Positions 63,566 through 64,000 of a DNA stretch of 64,000 nucleotides are shown here, in pieces. Location: contig OZ253484.1 of NCBI GenBank assembly GCA_965261825.1, positions 289,347-353,346 of the forward strand, read 5' to 3'. Made by a program: the position numbers and the translations under genes. Each line of letters begins with the position of its first letter. Position 1 is the stretch's first letter. The notes under the pieces were generated by a model, which was given only the letters and a program-made list of their open reading frames with translations, was not told where the DNA came from and searched no databases. The stretch is from Dehalococcoidia bacterium. GTDB taxonomy: Bacteria > Chloroflexota > Dehalococcoidia > Lucifugimonadales > QGNO01.

Positions 63566-64000
63566 CTAGTGCCGCCGCCGGATGCCTATGGCGACGCCTA
63601 TGGCCACGAGGTTGAGCAGCACGCCTATCAGCGCCAAGACCCATGCGCTGGGAATGTTGCCGCCCTCGTCCGCCGTCACGTTTGTGGGGGACACCGTCAC
63701 CCCGGCGGTGTCGTCGTCAGTGACGGTTACCGTCACGCCGGCGACGGTAACGCCGTCATACTCGTTGGCGCTCTGGGCGGCCACCACCGCGTGGGCGATG
63801 GCGGCCGCGTCGTTCGCCGCGTCGTCGTCCTCGGCGGCGGCCACCCTTACCGTCTGCGCCGTGTTCCAGTTGCCCGGAGTGAAGGTCAGGGTGGCCGGAG
63901 ACGCCGTCACGTCGGCGCTGCCGCTGCGGGTGACGTTGATCACCACGTCGGAGGTGGGCTGAAGGTTCAGCTTCACCGTGTAGGTTCCGCTGCCGCCCTC
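63566..64000 (-). CDS. C-terminal end of a large repetitive cell-surface protein with a sorting-signal-like tail (5' part outside window)
   Basis: The frame is open to the window edge (..GGSGTYTVKLNLQPTSDVVINVTRSGSADVTASPATLTFTPGNWNTAQTVRVAAAEDDDAANDAAAIAHAV..VTVTVTDDD), typical of adhesin-type repeat modules. The tail IPSAWVLALIGVLLNLVAIGVAIGIRRRH is a TM helix followed by a basic cluster. Confidence 0.7.
   Translation of the reverse strand, partial: EGGSGTYTVKLNLQPTSDVVINVTRSGSADVTASPATLTFTPGNWNTAQTVRVAAAEDDDAANDAAAIAHAVVAAQSANEYDGVTVAGVTVTVTDDDTAGVTVSPTNVTADEGGNIPSAWVLALIGVLLNLVAIGVAIGIRRRH

Overview
This is a 64-kb window from a moderately GC-rich bacterial chromosome. Thr/Pro-rich lipoprotein linkers, many MFS and amidohydrolase paralogs and compact operons suggest a marine or subsurface Chloroflexota-like monoderm, but that taxonomic guess is inference only.

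Positions 1 to about 53,000 are compact core and metabolic genome:
- lepA, and an orphan opp/dpp-type ABC ATPase pair.
- tRNA-Leu(UAG) and tRNA-Lys(CUU).
- thiL-tsaE, pepA and mtaB.
- Three paralogous MFS transporters.
- A peptide and cyclic-amide catabolic neighbourhood: amidase, M20, M42, DUF4392, hydantoinase/oxoprolinase A+B.
- folE-queC-queD.
- A translationally coupled 4-gene signalling operon: REC-PP2C, RsbW-like kinase, periplasmic binding protein, HAMP histidine kinase.

The strongest hidden signal is two tandem TlpA/ResA-like thioredoxin-fold lipoprotein genes. The ORF track splits each at an in-frame TGA that falls exactly on the first Cys of the WCxxC redox motif (W-TGA-P-T/Y-C). 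A conserved hairpin follows each TGA. I read these as selenocysteine (UxxC) proteins with candidate bacterial SECIS elements.

Other unexplained items:
- A two-gene cassette encoding a PD-(D/E)xK-like protein and a tail-anchored coiled-coil protein.
- An AT-rich, single-gene NYN-domain insertion.
- A PQQ-propeller/HExxH fusion lipoprotein.

Positions about 53,200 to 63,200 are a decayed mosaic of visibly GC-richer foreign DNA. It is delimited by repeats: two roughly 85-nt tRNA-3'-end-like units and three copies of a 32-bp core. It is full of broken genes:
- A frameshifted HigB-like toxin next to an intact antitoxin.
- A truncated DNA methyltransferase.
- A 5'-truncated fused histidine kinase/OmpR regulator.
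- A frameshifted and truncated replication-relaxation gene.

No integrase, rRNA or CRISPR array was seen. All functional calls rest on motif recognition by eye, and no database search was run.
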